This document shows positions 9,960 to 21,943 of a stretch of 64,000 nt of DNA, one piece after another. The DNA comes from Planctomycetota bacterium (GTDB taxonomy: Bacteria > Planctomycetota > UBA1135 > UBA2386), in NCBI GenBank assembly GCA_965223545.1, contig OZ245006.1:224001-288000 (forward strand), written 5' to 3'. How positions within the stretch are numbered: the first letter of the stretch is position 1; each line of letters starts with the position of its first letter. Made by a program: the position numbers and the translations under genes. The notes under the pieces were generated by a model. It had not been told where the DNA came from. It did no database searches and worked only from the letters and a program-made list of their open reading frames with translations.

Positions 9960-11084
9960 ATGGCGTTGCTGCTCGTCGGCCCCCTGTTGATGGCCGCCGG
10001 CCTGATCCTGGGCCGCTGGACCGGATCTGCCGCGGATGCGCCGGTGTGGACCGACGCGCAGCCGCCCGCGGCCGAACGCATCGTGGCGGTGCCGAGCATG
10101 GCGCCGATCGTCCGCCGCGTCCGGCCGGGCGTGGTCGGCGTCCGGGTCCGCGTCGACAGCGATGCGCCCGCCGACTACGGCGACGACCTCGGTCCCGGCG
10201 GCGAGCCGCGCAGTGGGGGAGTGCGCAGCGGCTCGGGCTTCGTCGTCAACGACGCCGGCCTCATCGTCACCAACTTCCACCTGATCACCGACTACGTCGA
10301 AATCGTCGTCGAGGTCCCCGATTCGGGGTCGCACGAGGCCCTGCTCGTGGGCGTCGATCCGGTGACCGACATCGCCGTGCTGCGCTTGGAAGACCCGGCG
10401 GTCGAGCTGCAGGCGCTCGAGCTCGGCGACTCGTCGCAGCTCGAACAGGGCGACTGGTTGCTGGCGATGGGCAACCCGTATCAGTACCGCCACTCGGTGA
10501 CGGTGGGCGTGGTGAGCTACGTCGGCCGGCACGTGCCCGACCAGGGCATGCAGGTGAGCAACGAGTACCTACAGTTCAGCGCACCGGTCAATCCCGGCAG
10601 CTCCGGCGGCCCGGTCCTCGACGTGCATGGCCACGTCGTCGGGGTGACGACGTCGACGCTGGGCACCGGCACGGGCATCGCCTTCGCCGTGCCGAGCAAG
10701 GTGCTGCGCTGGGTGCTCGAGCGCGCCGAAGAGGACGGCTACGTCAAGCGCGGCTACATGGGGGTCTCGCTGGTGCCCGTGTCGTCGAGTGATCTCAGCG
10801 CCCTCGGCGTCACCGGCGGCGCGCTGATCAACCAGGTGCAGCCCAACACTCCGGCCTCGCGCGCCGGCCTGCGCTCGGGCGACATCGTGGTGCGCTACGG
10901 CGACCGCTCGGTGCCGGACGCCTACACTCTGTTCGACTGGATCACCTACGGCCGACCCGGGCAGGCGATGGAGGTCGAGGTGCTGCGCAGCGACGGCCGG
11001 CAGGCAGTGGCGGTCCAGCTCGGCGGGGTCAGTGTCGGCGCTCCGCCGCTGACTCCGCGACCGATGGCAGCCGAGCATGAGTGA
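9960..11084 (+). CDS. HtrA/DegS-like trypsin serine protease with one PDZ domain
   Basis: N-terminal hydrophobic anchor; triad motifs 'VTNFH', 'TDIAVL', 'NPGSSGGP'; PDZ 'RGYMGV...PASRAGLRSGD'. Confidence 0.93.
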   Translation: MALLLVGPLLMAAGLILGRWTGSAADAPVWTDAQPPAAERIVAVPSMAPIVRRVRPGVVGVRVRVDSDAPADYGDDLGPGGEPRSGGVRSGSGFVVNDAGLIVTNFHLITDYVEIVVEVPDSGSHEALLVGVDPVTDIAVLRLEDPAVELQALELGDSSQLEQGDWLLAMGNPYQYRHSVTVGVVSYVGRHVPDQGMQVSNEYLQFSAPVNPGSSGGPVLDVHGHVVGVTTSTLGTGTGIAFAVPSKVLRWVLERAEEDGYVKRGYMGVSLVPVSSSDLSALGVTGGALINQVQPNTPASRAGLRSGDIVVRYGDRSVPDAYTLFDWITYGRPGQAMEVEVLRSDGRQAVAVQLGGVSVGAPPLTPRPMAAEHE

Positions 11085-11718
11085 GGCGCTCGACGTACCG
11101 CCGACCGCGGACGGCGCGGCGCTGCGGTTTCTGCTGCCCGGGTTGGCACACAGCCTCAACAACGCGCTCTTCGCGATCCAGGGACGGGCGCAGATGATCG
11201 CGGCGGTGGACGGCGATCCGACTCCCAACGCCACGGCGATCCTGAGCGCCGCGACACGCGCGCGCGCCACGCTCGAGGTTCTCTGCGTGCTGCACGGCCA
11301 GCCGACCGCCGCGCAGAACGCGGCGCGCTGGCTCGAGCAGCTCGGCGAGTTCTTGGCGGTCCCGCTGCGCGAGCACCGGCTCGGCGTGGAATGCCTGGCG
11401 GAGCCGGACCGGCGCGCCGCGCGCATCGACCCGCGCCCCCTCGTCGTCGGCGTGGTCGAGGTCGTGCGCCGGCTGGTCGAGGCACTGCCGAGCGGCTTTG
11501 CCGGCGACATCGTTCTGCGGCTGCCCGATCCCGCGCCGGAGACGCTCACCGTCGAGATCGCCATCCGGCGCGAGCCCGATCAGCTGCCGTTTCCGGTCGA
11601 TGCCGAAGCGGTGCTCGGCGCGGCGGGGGCCGCGCTCACCCAGGAGGGCATCGTCGCGGACGCCGGCGACCAAGCCGCTGGCGACTCCCTCATCCGGCTG
11701 CTTCTGCCGAAGTCGTAG
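11077..11718 (+). CDS. Degenerate histidine-kinase-like protein (H-box present, ATP-binding boxes absent)
   Basis: 'GLAHSLNNALFAIQG' resembles a HisKA H-box; no N-box Asn or DxGxG visible. Overlaps the 3' end of the protease gene. Confidence 0.55.
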   Translation: MSEALDVPPTADGAALRFLLPGLAHSLNNALFAIQGRAQMIAAVDGDPTPNATAILSAATRARATLEVLCVLHGQPTAAQNAARWLEQLGEFLAVPLREHRLGVECLAEPDRRAARIDPRPLVVGVVEVVRRLVEALPSGFAGDIVLRLPDPAPETLTVEIAIRREPDQLPFPVDAEAVLGAAGAALTQEGIVADAGDQAAGDSLIRLLLPKS

Positions 11719-11883
11719 CCCCACCGCCGGCCGGTGCGCCCCTGCAAAAATGGCGGCGCGCAGCGCTGTTTCTCCGATGCCAACGGCAGCGCAGCACACG
11801 TGCGTCGCGAGAACGCACCCGCGACCGGGGACTGCATCCGCGACACCCCACCGGCATGGTGCCAGTCCAGCGGTTACCATCGC

Positions 11884-13056
11884 ATGCGTCGAGTGGTGAC
11901 GACCGTGACATCTCGAAGACGATCCCCTGCCTCCCCGGCCGCGGCCATGGGCGCCTGCGTTCTGACCGCGGCGCTGTCGTTCGCTCAGGGTCCCGTTCCA
12001 GCAACCGGTCCGCAGCCAGGCTTCCACTACGAGCTGAATGCGCGCAACGACCTGCGCATCTACCACCTCGACGGCACTCTGAAGCAGCGCATCCCCAGCC
12101 CGGGCCACGGCTGGGTGTTCGGCGAGCTCGCCAAGCCGCTGCCGGGCGGGCGCATCCTCGCGCTCGTCGAGAGCCAGGGCACCCCCAAGCCCAAGAAGCT
12201 GGTCGAGATGGACAGCGCCGGCAACATCTTGTGGGAGTTCGACCCCAGCCCGTTCGGCGTCAAGCTGCACCACGACTTCGAGCGGCTGGCCAACGGCAAC
12301 ACGCTGCTGATCGGTGAGATTCAAGTCCCGGTTCTGCCGGGACTGACGGTCGCCGACGACCTGCTGGTCGAGGTCGACCCGATGGGCCGCGTGGTTTGGC
12401 TCTGGTCGTGCCTGGCCAACATCGCACAGATGCCGGTCAGCCCGAGCGGCTGGCTGTCGCTGGTGGGCCGCACCTCGGTGTTGTTCCACACCAACTCGAT
12501 CCACGCCCTGCCCGCCAATCCTTGGAGCGCCACGGACCCGCGCTTCAAGCCGGGCAACGTCATGGTCAGCTTCCGCGAGCTCAACCTCGTGCTGATCATC
12601 GACCGCGGCACCGGTCTCGTGGTCTGGTCGCTGTACAACGTGACGTTGGGCCAGCACCACGCGCGGATGATCGAGCTCGGCACGCCGGGCGAGGGCAACA
12701 TCCTGTTGTTCGACAACGGCGGCAGCGTCGGTGCCCCGCTGCAGCCCTTCCGCGGCTACTCGCGCGTCCTCGAGATCGATCCGCCGAGTTCGTCGGTGGT
12801 GTGGGAGTACGCGTGCACGCCGGCGAGCCCCCTGCCGAGCTGGTGCTCGACCGAGTTCTTCGCACCGTTCCGCGCCAGCGCGCAGCGGCTGAGCAACGGC
12901 AACACCCTGATCGCCAACTCCGCCACCGGCACGGTGTTCGAGGTCACTCCCGCCAAGCAGGCGATTTGGCAGACGACGCAGGCGAGCTGGCTGTACCGCG
13001 GCTACCGCTGGCCGCTCGACTGGGAATCGCCGGCGATGGCGCGGTTTCCCTGGTAG
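11884..13056 (+). CDS. Arylsulfotransferase (ASST) family protein, secreted
   Basis: 'HHDF', 'FHTNSI', 'GQHHA', 'LFDNG', 'SRVLEID', 'SAQRLSNGNTLI'. Start uncertain (11884 or 11947). Confidence 0.85.
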   Translation: MRRVVTTVTSRRRSPASPAAAMGACVLTAALSFAQGPVPATGPQPGFHYELNARNDLRIYHLDGTLKQRIPSPGHGWVFGELAKPLPGGRILALVESQGTPKPKKLVEMDSAGNILWEFDPSPFGVKLHHDFERLANGNTLLIGEIQVPVLPGLTVADDLLVEVDPMGRVVWLWSCLANIAQMPVSPSGWLSLVGRTSVLFHTNSIHALPANPWSATDPRFKPGNVMVSFRELNLVLIIDRGTGLVVWSLYNVTLGQHHARMIELGTPGEGNILLFDNGGSVGAPLQPFRGYSRVLEIDPPSSSVVWEYACTPASPLPSWCSTEFFAPFRASAQRLSNGNTLIANSATGTVFEVTPAKQAIWQTTQASWLYRGYRWPLDWESPAMARFPW

Positions 13057-13063
13057 GGGGGGA

Positions 13064-13082
13064 GGCTGCCGCGACGGCAGCC
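13064..13082. terminator. GC hairpin between convergent genes (possible terminator)
   Basis: GGCTGCCG-cga-CGGCAGCC perfect 8-bp stem just after the ASST stop; no clear U-tract. Confidence 0.35.
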
Positions 13083-13131
13083 GCCCCGTTCGGCGACCTG
13101 CAGGTGGTCACCCACCCTCGACACGCCGCGA

Positions 13132-14757
<1,626 letters not shown>

Positions 14758-14908
14758 CTAGGCCGGCGGAGTCGGCTCGGGTGTCGGGGTGCCTCGGGTT
14801 TCAACCAACCCCTGGCGCAGCGCTCATCGCGATCCGCTGCCGACCGGCGCCGGCCTCGAGGCCGCGACCTCGTCGCGCGGCGCACAGCGGAGCCCCCGTT
14901 GCCCGGCC

Positions 14909-14936
14909 ATCATAGGCCAGCAGCCGCCGGTCTCAA
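14909..14936 (-). promoter_or_regulatory. Putative sigma70 promoter for thiC
   Basis: Minus strand TTGAGA-16 nt-TATGAT; would give a leader of about 160 nt before the thiC ATG. Confidence 0.45.
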
Positions 14937-15556
14937 CGTCCGCGATCGCCGCTCTCGCCTGCCGGCACCGAGCCGGTGGCGGCCGGCGGGGCGGGGACCA
15001 GCGCCGCGCCAGGCATCAGACCAAAGGCCTCGCGCAGCGGCCGCGGCACCGAGGCGCCGAAGAAATCCAACGCCGTGCGGCTGACGGCCATCGACCGCGA
15101 CCGCTCGGCGGCGTGCACGATCCGACCGGAGCTCAAGAACATCGTCACCGTGGCCAGCAACGCCAAGACGACGCAGGCACCGGTGCCGAGGCCGAGCACG
15201 CCTCCGCCGACCCGATCGGCCACGGTGAGACCGCGCTCCGCCACCAGCTTCTCGGCCAAATAGGTGAGCAGGCTGACGACGACGACGACGATCACGAAAA
15301 GGCTGACGTAGGCGATGTAGACCGGCAGGCGGGCGTCGGTTCCGGCCGGGAACCAGCTCGCCATGCGCGCGCCGACCGCGTCCCCCCAAAGGCCGGTGGC
15401 GAGGAACGCCAGGGCCAGCGTCGCGATGCGTCCCGCCTGCCAGACGAAACCGCGCATCAGGCCCATCACCGCGAACACCACCAGGATCGCGACCGCCCCG
15501 AGGTCGATCCAGCCGAGGCTGGCGAGGATACCCGGGTCGGGAGACGAGCTTTGCAT
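14933..15556 (-). CDS. CvpA (colicin V production) family membrane protein
   Basis: 'WIDL...GLMRGFV', four hydrophobic segments, 'DRVGGGVLG'. Confidence 0.85.
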   Translation of the reverse strand: MQSSSPDPGILASLGWIDLGAVAILVVFAVMGLMRGFVWQAGRIATLALAFLATGLWGDAVGARMASWFPAGTDARLPVYIAYVSLFVIVVVVVSLLTYLAEKLVAERGLTVADRVGGGVLGLGTGACVVLALLATVTMFLSSGRIVHAAERSRSMAVSRTALDFFGASVPRPLREAFGLMPGAALVPAPPAATGSVPAGESGDRGR

Positions 15557-15615
15557 CGGCGGTGGTCGCGGAGGGAAGGTCAACGCACGGGGTTTGCATT
15601 CCGTGCGACGAGCGC

Positions 15616-17397
15616 ATGTACTCGCATTCCACTGTGCCGGTCCCTCCCGAACAAGCCCAGCCCGACCCGCTCCCGCCGGATCCACCGCTGGACGCCAGCT
15701 CCGCGATCCACCGCTCCCTGTGCGCGCTCCTGCTCGATGCCGAGCGCGACCCCCGCGCACCGGCCGAGCTGGCCCGGGCGCGGCGCGAGTTCTTCGGCCC
15801 GCAAGAGGCTGCCCAGGCCGAGGCCCCGGCTCGCCCCGAAGGCCCCGCCGAGCTCCGCTTCGCGGAGTGGTTCTTGCTCGAGCGTGACAGCGAGCTGCTG
15901 GGCGAGCCGTGGGGGCGTTCGCTCGGCCGGGCGGCGGAGGTGGAGGAGCGCCATGGCGCCCTTGCCGAGTCGATCTGCGGCGTGTTCTTGGTGGTGCAGC
16001 GCAGCCCGGGCGAGCAGCGCGCCCGACTCCGTGATCTGCAGAACGCCGAGGGCGTCGACCTCGACGTGCCCGCGTCGATGCCGCTCGAGGCCGGCGATCT
16101 GCTGGTCGGCCGCCTCTACGGCGAGGCCGCCGCGGCCCGCGTGCCCTCGCCGGCGATCGCGGTGCAGCGCGGCGGTGCCGTGCTCGGCCGCGCGCTGCAG
16201 AGCGACCTCGAGGGCCTGGCCCTCGAGCGACGGCTCACCCAGGCCGAGCTCGAGCACGTCCTGTTCCGGCGCTGGGATGCGCTGCGCGACACCGCCGCGG
16301 CGCCGCCGCTCGAACGGCTCGAGGCCGAGCTGGCGACGCGGCTGGCGCACGCCGGCCAGGACGAGGTCGACGTGGCCGCGCTCAGCGCCGCGCTGGCGCA
16401 GACCACACAGCCGGGCCGCGTCATGGGACCGCTGCTCGACCAGCTCGCGTTCGACTCCGACGTCGACCTGCTCACCGTCCAGCGGCTGTTGTTGGAGATC
16501 TGGAACGCGCACCGCGACCGCCAGGGCGAGATCCCACAGCGAGCCCCGCTGGCCGAAGACGCGCTGCAGATGGACGCGGCGGGCGGCACCATGGCGCCCG
16601 CGGCCGAACCCGACACCGACAGCGACGACGCCCCCGGCCTCGGCGCCCGCCTGGCGCAGCGCATCGAAGAGGGACTCACCCGCTCCGAGAACGTCGAGGA
16701 CCTGTTCGACGACGTCGCCGCCATGCTCGGCACCAGCCTCGAGGACGACGACGACGACGGTGAAGACGCCGCGGCGTTCGACGGCGATCTCGAACCACTG
16801 GTCGTCGAGTACCTCTGGGAGGAGGATCGCGCCGGCACGCCGAGCGAAGCGGTCCTCCGGGCACTGGTCGCGCAGCAGCGCGAGGCGCCGGTGCCGCGGC
16901 TCGATCTCGAGGCCGTCGAGGCGCGCGACCTGCTGCGGCTGCTGGTGCGCGTCTACCTCGAGACCGCGCCGTCCGAACGCGCCGCGGTGGTGCAGGACAA
17001 CTGGCGGGCAATCGAGCACTTCTACCGCTGGGCCGCGCGCACGCAGGAGTACGAGCTCGACGAGGTGCTGGCCACTTGCCGCGCCGCATTCGTCGACGAG
17101 GTCGAGCGCGTGCAGCGGGCCAGCCTCGAGCTGGAGCGCGGCGCCGTGGCCGCCCCCGACACGCCCCCGGGGTTGCTGCGGGTGGTGGCGGTCGACGAAG
17201 AGCGCGCCGAGCTCGCCTCGAGCAGTGGGGCACCGGCGGTCTGGGTCCCGGTCGAGGCCGGCGGCGCGCTGACACCGGGCGACCTGGTGCTGGCGGGCGT
17301 ACGCACCGCCGATGCCATCGAGGAACCCGTGCCCGGGCAGCTGGTCGGCATGGTGGTCGTCCTACCGGCGGAGACGGAGTCCCTGCTCGGCCAGTGA
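15616..17397 (+). CDS. Hypothetical acidic protein with two probable OB-fold-like segments
   Basis: Coding-like codon usage; 'RLRDL...LEAGDLLVGRL' and 'LRVVAV...LTPGDLVLAGV' look like duplicated beta-barrel units. Confidence 0.6.
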   Translation: MYSHSTVPVPPEQAQPDPLPPDPPLDASSAIHRSLCALLLDAERDPRAPAELARARREFFGPQEAAQAEAPARPEGPAELRFAEWFLLERDSELLGEPWGRSLGRAAEVEERHGALAESICGVFLVVQRSPGEQRARLRDLQNAEGVDLDVPASMPLEAGDLLVGRLYGEAAAARVPSPAIAVQRGGAVLGRALQSDLEGLALERRLTQAELEHVLFRRWDALRDTAAAPPLERLEAELATRLAHAGQDEVDVAALSAALAQTTQPGRVMGPLLDQLAFDSDVDLLTVQRLLLEIWNAHRDRQGEIPQRAPLAEDALQMDAAGGTMAPAAEPDTDSDDAPGLGARLAQRIEEGLTRSENVEDLFDDVAAMLGTSLEDDDDDGEDAAAFDGDLEPLVVEYLWEEDRAGTPSEAVLRALVAQQREAPVPRLDLEAVEARDLLRLLVRVYLETAPSERAAVVQDNWRAIEHFYRWAARTQEYELDEVLATCRAAFVDEVERVQRASLELERGAVAAPDTPPGLLRVVAVDEERAELASSSGAPAVWVPVEAGGALTPGDLVLAGVRTADAIEEPVPGQLVGMVVVLPAETESLLGQ

Positions 17398-17478
17398 GCC
17401 GTTGGGTGAGGGCGGCGGCCGTGCTCGCTCCAGGCGACGGCCAAGGCACGCCCCGCCGCTTGCCGATAGTGCTCCCAT

Positions 17479-19602
17479 ATGGCTTGGGAAACCGCACTCG
17501 ACCGGCTGGTCCTCTCGCAGATCCACGCCGCGGAGAAGGGCGATCTGCGGCCGAAGGACGTCGAGCAGCTGATCCGCGATCTGCACGGCCTGGCCCCGAG
17601 CCGGCCGACGACGGCGTTCCACATGGGCTACGCCACGGCGCTCCTCGGGCTGGACCTGCCGGCGGACCAGAGCGATCCCGCGCAACGCCGGTGGCACCTG
17701 TTTGGCCGCGTGCGCGGCCACGACCGCTGCGGTGAGCGCAACTGGGTGGCCGACCTGCTGCAGAACACGTCCGCCGTCATGGAGCTGTTGCAGGATGCCG
17801 CGATCGCGCGGCAGTGCCTGCCGCTGGTCCTGCGCACTCTCTTTTGGTGCGAGGACCTCGCGCTGGCGGTGCGCGCCCTCGAGTTCTTGGCCACCGAAGC
17901 GCAGACCGAGGAATCGCAGATGCTGGTCGACGCGGGCCTGAGCGACTTGCTCAGCCGACTCGAGGTGCGCGAGGACCGCGACAACGAGGAGTTCGAGCCG
18001 ACCGCCAGCATCCTCGAGAAGTGCATCGGCTTGCCGTGCTTCGATCGGCTGCCGGACGACGTCCGCGCCCGCTACCACCACGCCCTCGGCGCCCGCCGAC
18101 TGGCCGCCAGTGAGTTCGAAGCCGCGCGCGCGCCGCTGCAGCGCGCGATCGAGCTCGCCACCCGTCATCCGCGGGTCGAGTCCGCGGCGCGCGGGCTGCT
18201 CGCCCTGAGCGAGCTGCGCGTGCACGAGACGCTCGAGCTCGAGCCGCGCGCCGAGCGCGCCGAGCGCGCCGCCGCGCTCGAGATCCTCGACGGTCACGAC
18301 GAGGCGGAGACCACGGTGCCCGAGGCGCTGTTCGTGCTCGGCGTCTTGAGCTACGAAACCGGCGACTTCCAGCGCGCGCAGCGCTGCTGCGACCGCGCCC
18401 TCGCCGACCTGCGCCGCGTCAACGGCCGTGACGTCCAGCTGATCGACCGCACCCGCTTCTTCCTCGCGGCATCGATCCTCGCCGCCGGCAACACCGGTGA
18501 GTCGTCGCGCGCGCTGCGGCTGATGGACGCCGCCCTCGAGCAGAACCGCCCGGACCTCGAGAGCTTCTACCCGGTGCACGAGGCGCTCAAGACGCTCGAT
18601 CGCGGGGTCGCGCTGAAGTTCTTGGACCGGGTCGACATCGGCCGCGGCACGGCGCCCGATCAGCTGCTGTTCATCGCCCTCGAGTACGTGGGCTTGGGCG
18701 AGGCCGAGCCGGCGGCGCGGGCGGCCGACCGGGTCCTGCAGGTCGCCGTCAACCTCGATCAACGCATCGAGGCAATGCGCGTTCTGCTCACCGCGTGCAA
18801 CATGCGCGGCGATCGCGGCGCCGCCCGCGAAGTGTTCTTCTCGATGCGCGACCTGCTGATGCAGCGCGGCGCGTTCCAAGAGCTGGAGAACCTGCTCGAG
18901 AACGAAGAGGCCGTCGGTCAGGCCCTCGACCATCTCGAGGTCAAGTGCGAGCTGGTCGCGCTGTACGAGGAGATGGAGGACAAGGACCTCGACCGCGCGA
19001 TGCTCAAGACCGCGATCGCGCGCTCGCTGCGCGCGCGCAAGGACGTCGACGCGCTGCGCGAGGCGCACGGCCTCCTCAAGGAAGTCGAGATCCGCTTTCC
19101 CGAGCTCGCCACCGACGAGCTCGGCGTGCTCGAGAAGCTGCTGTCGCTGTCCGACGCCGCGCCTGCCGACACCGACGCCGGCGCGCGCGCGGTCGAGTCG
19201 TTCCGCCAGCAGCACGGCCGCGCACCGCGCGTCTTGGTGGTGGGGGGCAACGAGCGCCAGCGCCGCCACCATCCGCGCTTCGAGGAGCTCGGCGGCAACT
19301 GGCAATTCGAGGGCGAGTGGTTGATGGCCAACTACTCGTCGCCGCAGAAGGCCGTCAACGCGATCAACGACCGGCTGAAGACCGGCGTCGACGCCCTGGT
19401 GCTGCTGCACTGGAATCGTCATGAAACCACCGAGCCCGCGCTCGAGCTCGCGCGCCGCGCGGGGATCGCCGCGCGCACGGTGCACTACGCGGGGTTCACC
19501 AGCCTGCAGGTTTGCTTGACCGACATGCTGGAGCGGTTGGGGCGGGCGGAGGCGCCGGCGAAGGGGAATGCCGGCAAGGGCAAGGCGGGAGCCAAGGGCT
19601 GA
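17479..19602 (+). CDS. Helical/TPR-like protein with C-terminal DUF2325-like (receiver-like) domain
   Basis: Long helical repeats; C-terminal 'VLVVGG...DALVLLHWNRHETT...ARRAGIA...AGFTSL'. Confidence 0.65.
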   Translation: MAWETALDRLVLSQIHAAEKGDLRPKDVEQLIRDLHGLAPSRPTTAFHMGYATALLGLDLPADQSDPAQRRWHLFGRVRGHDRCGERNWVADLLQNTSAVMELLQDAAIARQCLPLVLRTLFWCEDLALAVRALEFLATEAQTEESQMLVDAGLSDLLSRLEVREDRDNEEFEPTASILEKCIGLPCFDRLPDDVRARYHHALGARRLAASEFEAARAPLQRAIELATRHPRVESAARGLLALSELRVHETLELEPRAERAERAAALEILDGHDEAETTVPEALFVLGVLSYETGDFQRAQRCCDRALADLRRVNGRDVQLIDRTRFFLAASILAAGNTGESSRALRLMDAALEQNRPDLESFYPVHEALKTLDRGVALKFLDRVDIGRGTAPDQLLFIALEYVGLGEAEPAARAADRVLQVAVNLDQRIEAMRVLLTACNMRGDRGAAREVFFSMRDLLMQRGAFQELENLLENEEAVGQALDHLEVKCELVALYEEMEDKDLDRAMLKTAIARSLRARKDVDALREAHGLLKEVEIRFPELATDELGVLEKLLSLSDAAPADTDAGARAVESFRQQHGRAPRVLVVGGNERQRRHHPRFEELGGNWQFEGEWLMANYSSPQKAVNAINDRLKTGVDALVLLHWNRHETTEPALELARRAGIAARTVHYAGFTSLQVCLTDMLERLGRAEAPAKGNAGKGKAGAKG

Positions 19603-19621
19603 ACCGCCGGAGCCCGCGCGC

Positions 19622-21943
19622 TCATCTCGACCGAAAGGCAACTTCGTGTGCGTCGGTCGTCGCGTAGACGCCATTGGCGGCGGCGGGGGACAACACCACC
19701 GCTTGCACGCGCGCACTCCATCCGGACACCGCCGGTGCGCTGATCGAGAGCGCGACTCCCGCCGCCGGTAGCGCGGCCGCGACCTGCGCATCGACGCCAC
19801 CCAGATGCAAGCCGGGCAGCGTCGCCAGCGCGACGGGCGGAGTCCCGAACGGGTGCAACTGAATCAACAGCGCCGACAGCGCTCCCACGAATCGGCCACC
19901 AGGCGAGCTCCAGCGCAGGCTGACCGCGTCTCCCGCGACGGCCGTCTTGCCGCAGGCGCCGGGGTCCCCGTGCCCGTTGACTTGCGACTCGAGCTCGAAG
20001 TCCTCACCCGTGCCGGCCAAACGGCACCAAGTTCCCACGGTCATCACGTGCGGACCGGCCATGCCCGTATTGCGCCAACCATCCAGCAGGTCCTGTCCGG
20101 TGCGGGCCAGGAACGCAACGCTGCCGTCGTTGGCAAGATGCAGGAACTGCACGTACTCCCAGCTCGTCGGCTGGTAGAGCAGCTCGACCGTGGCATAGAC
20201 CGCCTCGGCGGGAGGGTTGAGCATGACCTCATCGTGATGCTCGAACACTCCACCCGGGCCGGGGTCGCCAAACTGCGTGGCTGGCACGGGCAGACAGTTG
20301 CGCCGCTGCGCCTCGTCATAGCGCATGCCGTAGGGCGGAATCCGATTGTCGGACAGCAACGTGTTGTTGAGGGCGAAGTGAAACGTCTCGCGCGCGCTGC
20401 CCGCCGGCAACGCGGCCAGTTGCGCCAGGGTCAGAGTGACGGCCCCGCTGACCCTGTCGAAGACCAACGGCAACGACGGCTTGACACCGAGCGCCAGGAG
20501 CCTCGCGGCCCATTCGCTGGTCATTCCAGGCTTGGCCTGGTAGATCCGCGTGTCGGTGCCGCGCAGATCGATCAAGGACTCCACGGTCGCGGGCGAACCG
20601 CCGATCTGCACTTGCAGCGCCCCGTACTCACCGTCCACCCGTAGTTGCCGCCCGCGGTCATCCAACCAACGCACGCGCAGCCACATCCTGCGCCCCTCCG
20701 GGTAACCCGAGATCAGCTTGTGGCCGGTCAAGTTGTAGACCACGACCGTGTCTCCCTCGACCGACACGGCCGCCGCCAACTCCAGCTGCTGGCGCGCCCG
20801 CTGCTGGCCGACTCCCAGCGCATCCGTCTGACCAACGCTGAGCCCACCACCGACCACCAGGCGTCCCCGCGCGTCGAGCCAGCGGATCAGGTCGGGGACC
20901 CAGTAGTTGCCACCCGTCAGGTCGTGTAGCGGCAGGTCCGGCCGGATGGGGGAGTTGCTCTTGTTGCAACCCGCGCCTTGGACCGGGGGCATATGGCACG
21001 ACTGACACGTGAAGAACCGCGGGGACCCATCGGCGTAGTCGCCGTTGCCACCCGCAGCGGTCGCAAACTCGAAAGCCCGTCGCACGGCACCGCGTTGCAA
21101 CTGCCAAGACAACCGCGAATAGCTGCCAACCGACAGGCCCGGCCACGCGCTCGTCTTGTGCTCGCTGAACGTACGCTCGACCACTCCGTAGGCGAAGGGC
21201 GGATTGTTGAACGCGGCCTTCTGGTCGACCGGCGCTCCGAGCACGCCGCTGAACGAACCCACCGGCAACGGAATCGCGGCGCCGTGGTTGTGGGCGAGGT
21301 CACCGACCACTGGATTGGAGACGTCGTGGCACGTCCCGCAGAAGTCCTCCGAGCGATGAAACGCCGACTGCAGACTCGGATGCCGCGCCACCGAGTCGTC
21401 GTAGGGGCCCATGCGCTCCTTGCCATCCCACAACACCATCATCCCGCTGCCGTAGTAGCCCTCCTTCGGCGACGCCTCGTTGTGGGCCAAGAACGGCGGG
21501 TTCTGCGTACCGAGATGTTCGGAGTCGTCCGGATTGACCAGCTTGTGGCAAATGGCGCACTCGATGCCGTCGACATCCGCGCCGGTCACGGCCGACCCAT
21601 CGGTCGGCGTCGAACGTCCTTCGAGCCAAGCCCGCGTCGTGTGGCAGCGCAGACAGAGGTCACCGACTCCGGGGAAGTCCTGTTCGGCAACCGCCATCGT
21701 GGCCCAGAAGAGCGGGTCGCGCGACGCGTGCGCCATCATGCTACCCCGCCAGTTGAACGCCGGCTCCACGGACGGGTCATAGCCTCCGTGGCAGTTGTCG
21801 CAGTTCGTCACCGAGCCGAGGTTGGCAACCTCGTTCGGCTGAGTGCCCGGTTGCTGCACCTCCGTAGGCACCGTGAATCGGAGCAGGGCGGCCGCAACCA
21901 ACAGCGGTGCACCCGCCCAGACGAGCCTGCCGCGAACCCACAT
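19622..21943 (-). CDS. Secreted multiheme (5 x CxxCH) c-type cytochrome
   Basis: CDNCH, CLRCH, CAICH, CGTCH, CQSCH; GAGGAGG Shine-Dalgarno before ATG 21943; N-terminal hydrophobic signal. Confidence 0.85.
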   Translation of the reverse strand: MWVRGRLVWAGAPLLVAAALLRFTVPTEVQQPGTQPNEVANLGSVTNCDNCHGGYDPSVEPAFNWRGSMMAHASRDPLFWATMAVAEQDFPGVGDLCLRCHTTRAWLEGRSTPTDGSAVTGADVDGIECAICHKLVNPDDSEHLGTQNPPFLAHNEASPKEGYYGSGMMVLWDGKERMGPYDDSVARHPSLQSAFHRSEDFCGTCHDVSNPVVGDLAHNHGAAIPLPVGSFSGVLGAPVDQKAAFNNPPFAYGVVERTFSEHKTSAWPGLSVGSYSRLSWQLQRGAVRRAFEFATAAGGNGDYADGSPRFFTCQSCHMPPVQGAGCNKSNSPIRPDLPLHDLTGGNYWVPDLIRWLDARGRLVVGGGLSVGQTDALGVGQQRARQQLELAAAVSVEGDTVVVYNLTGHKLISGYPEGRRMWLRVRWLDDRGRQLRVDGEYGALQVQIGGSPATVESLIDLRGTDTRIYQAKPGMTSEWAARLLALGVKPSLPLVFDRVSGAVTLTLAQLAALPAGSARETFHFALNNTLLSDNRIPPYGMRYDEAQRRNCLPVPATQFGDPGPGGVFEHHDEVMLNPPAEAVYATVELLYQPTSWEYVQFLHLANDGSVAFLARTGQDLLDGWRNTGMAGPHVMTVGTWCRLAGTGEDFELESQVNGHGDPGACGKTAVAGDAVSLRWSSPGGRFVGALSALLIQLHPFGTPPVALATLPGLHLGGVDAQVAAALPAAGVALSISAPAVSGWSARVQAVVLSPAAANGVYATTDAHEVAFRSR

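Noticed and set aside
21884..21903. GGCCGCAACCAA motif similar to the element end
   Set aside because: Lies inside the cytochrome signal-peptide coding sequence with no other conserved blocks.
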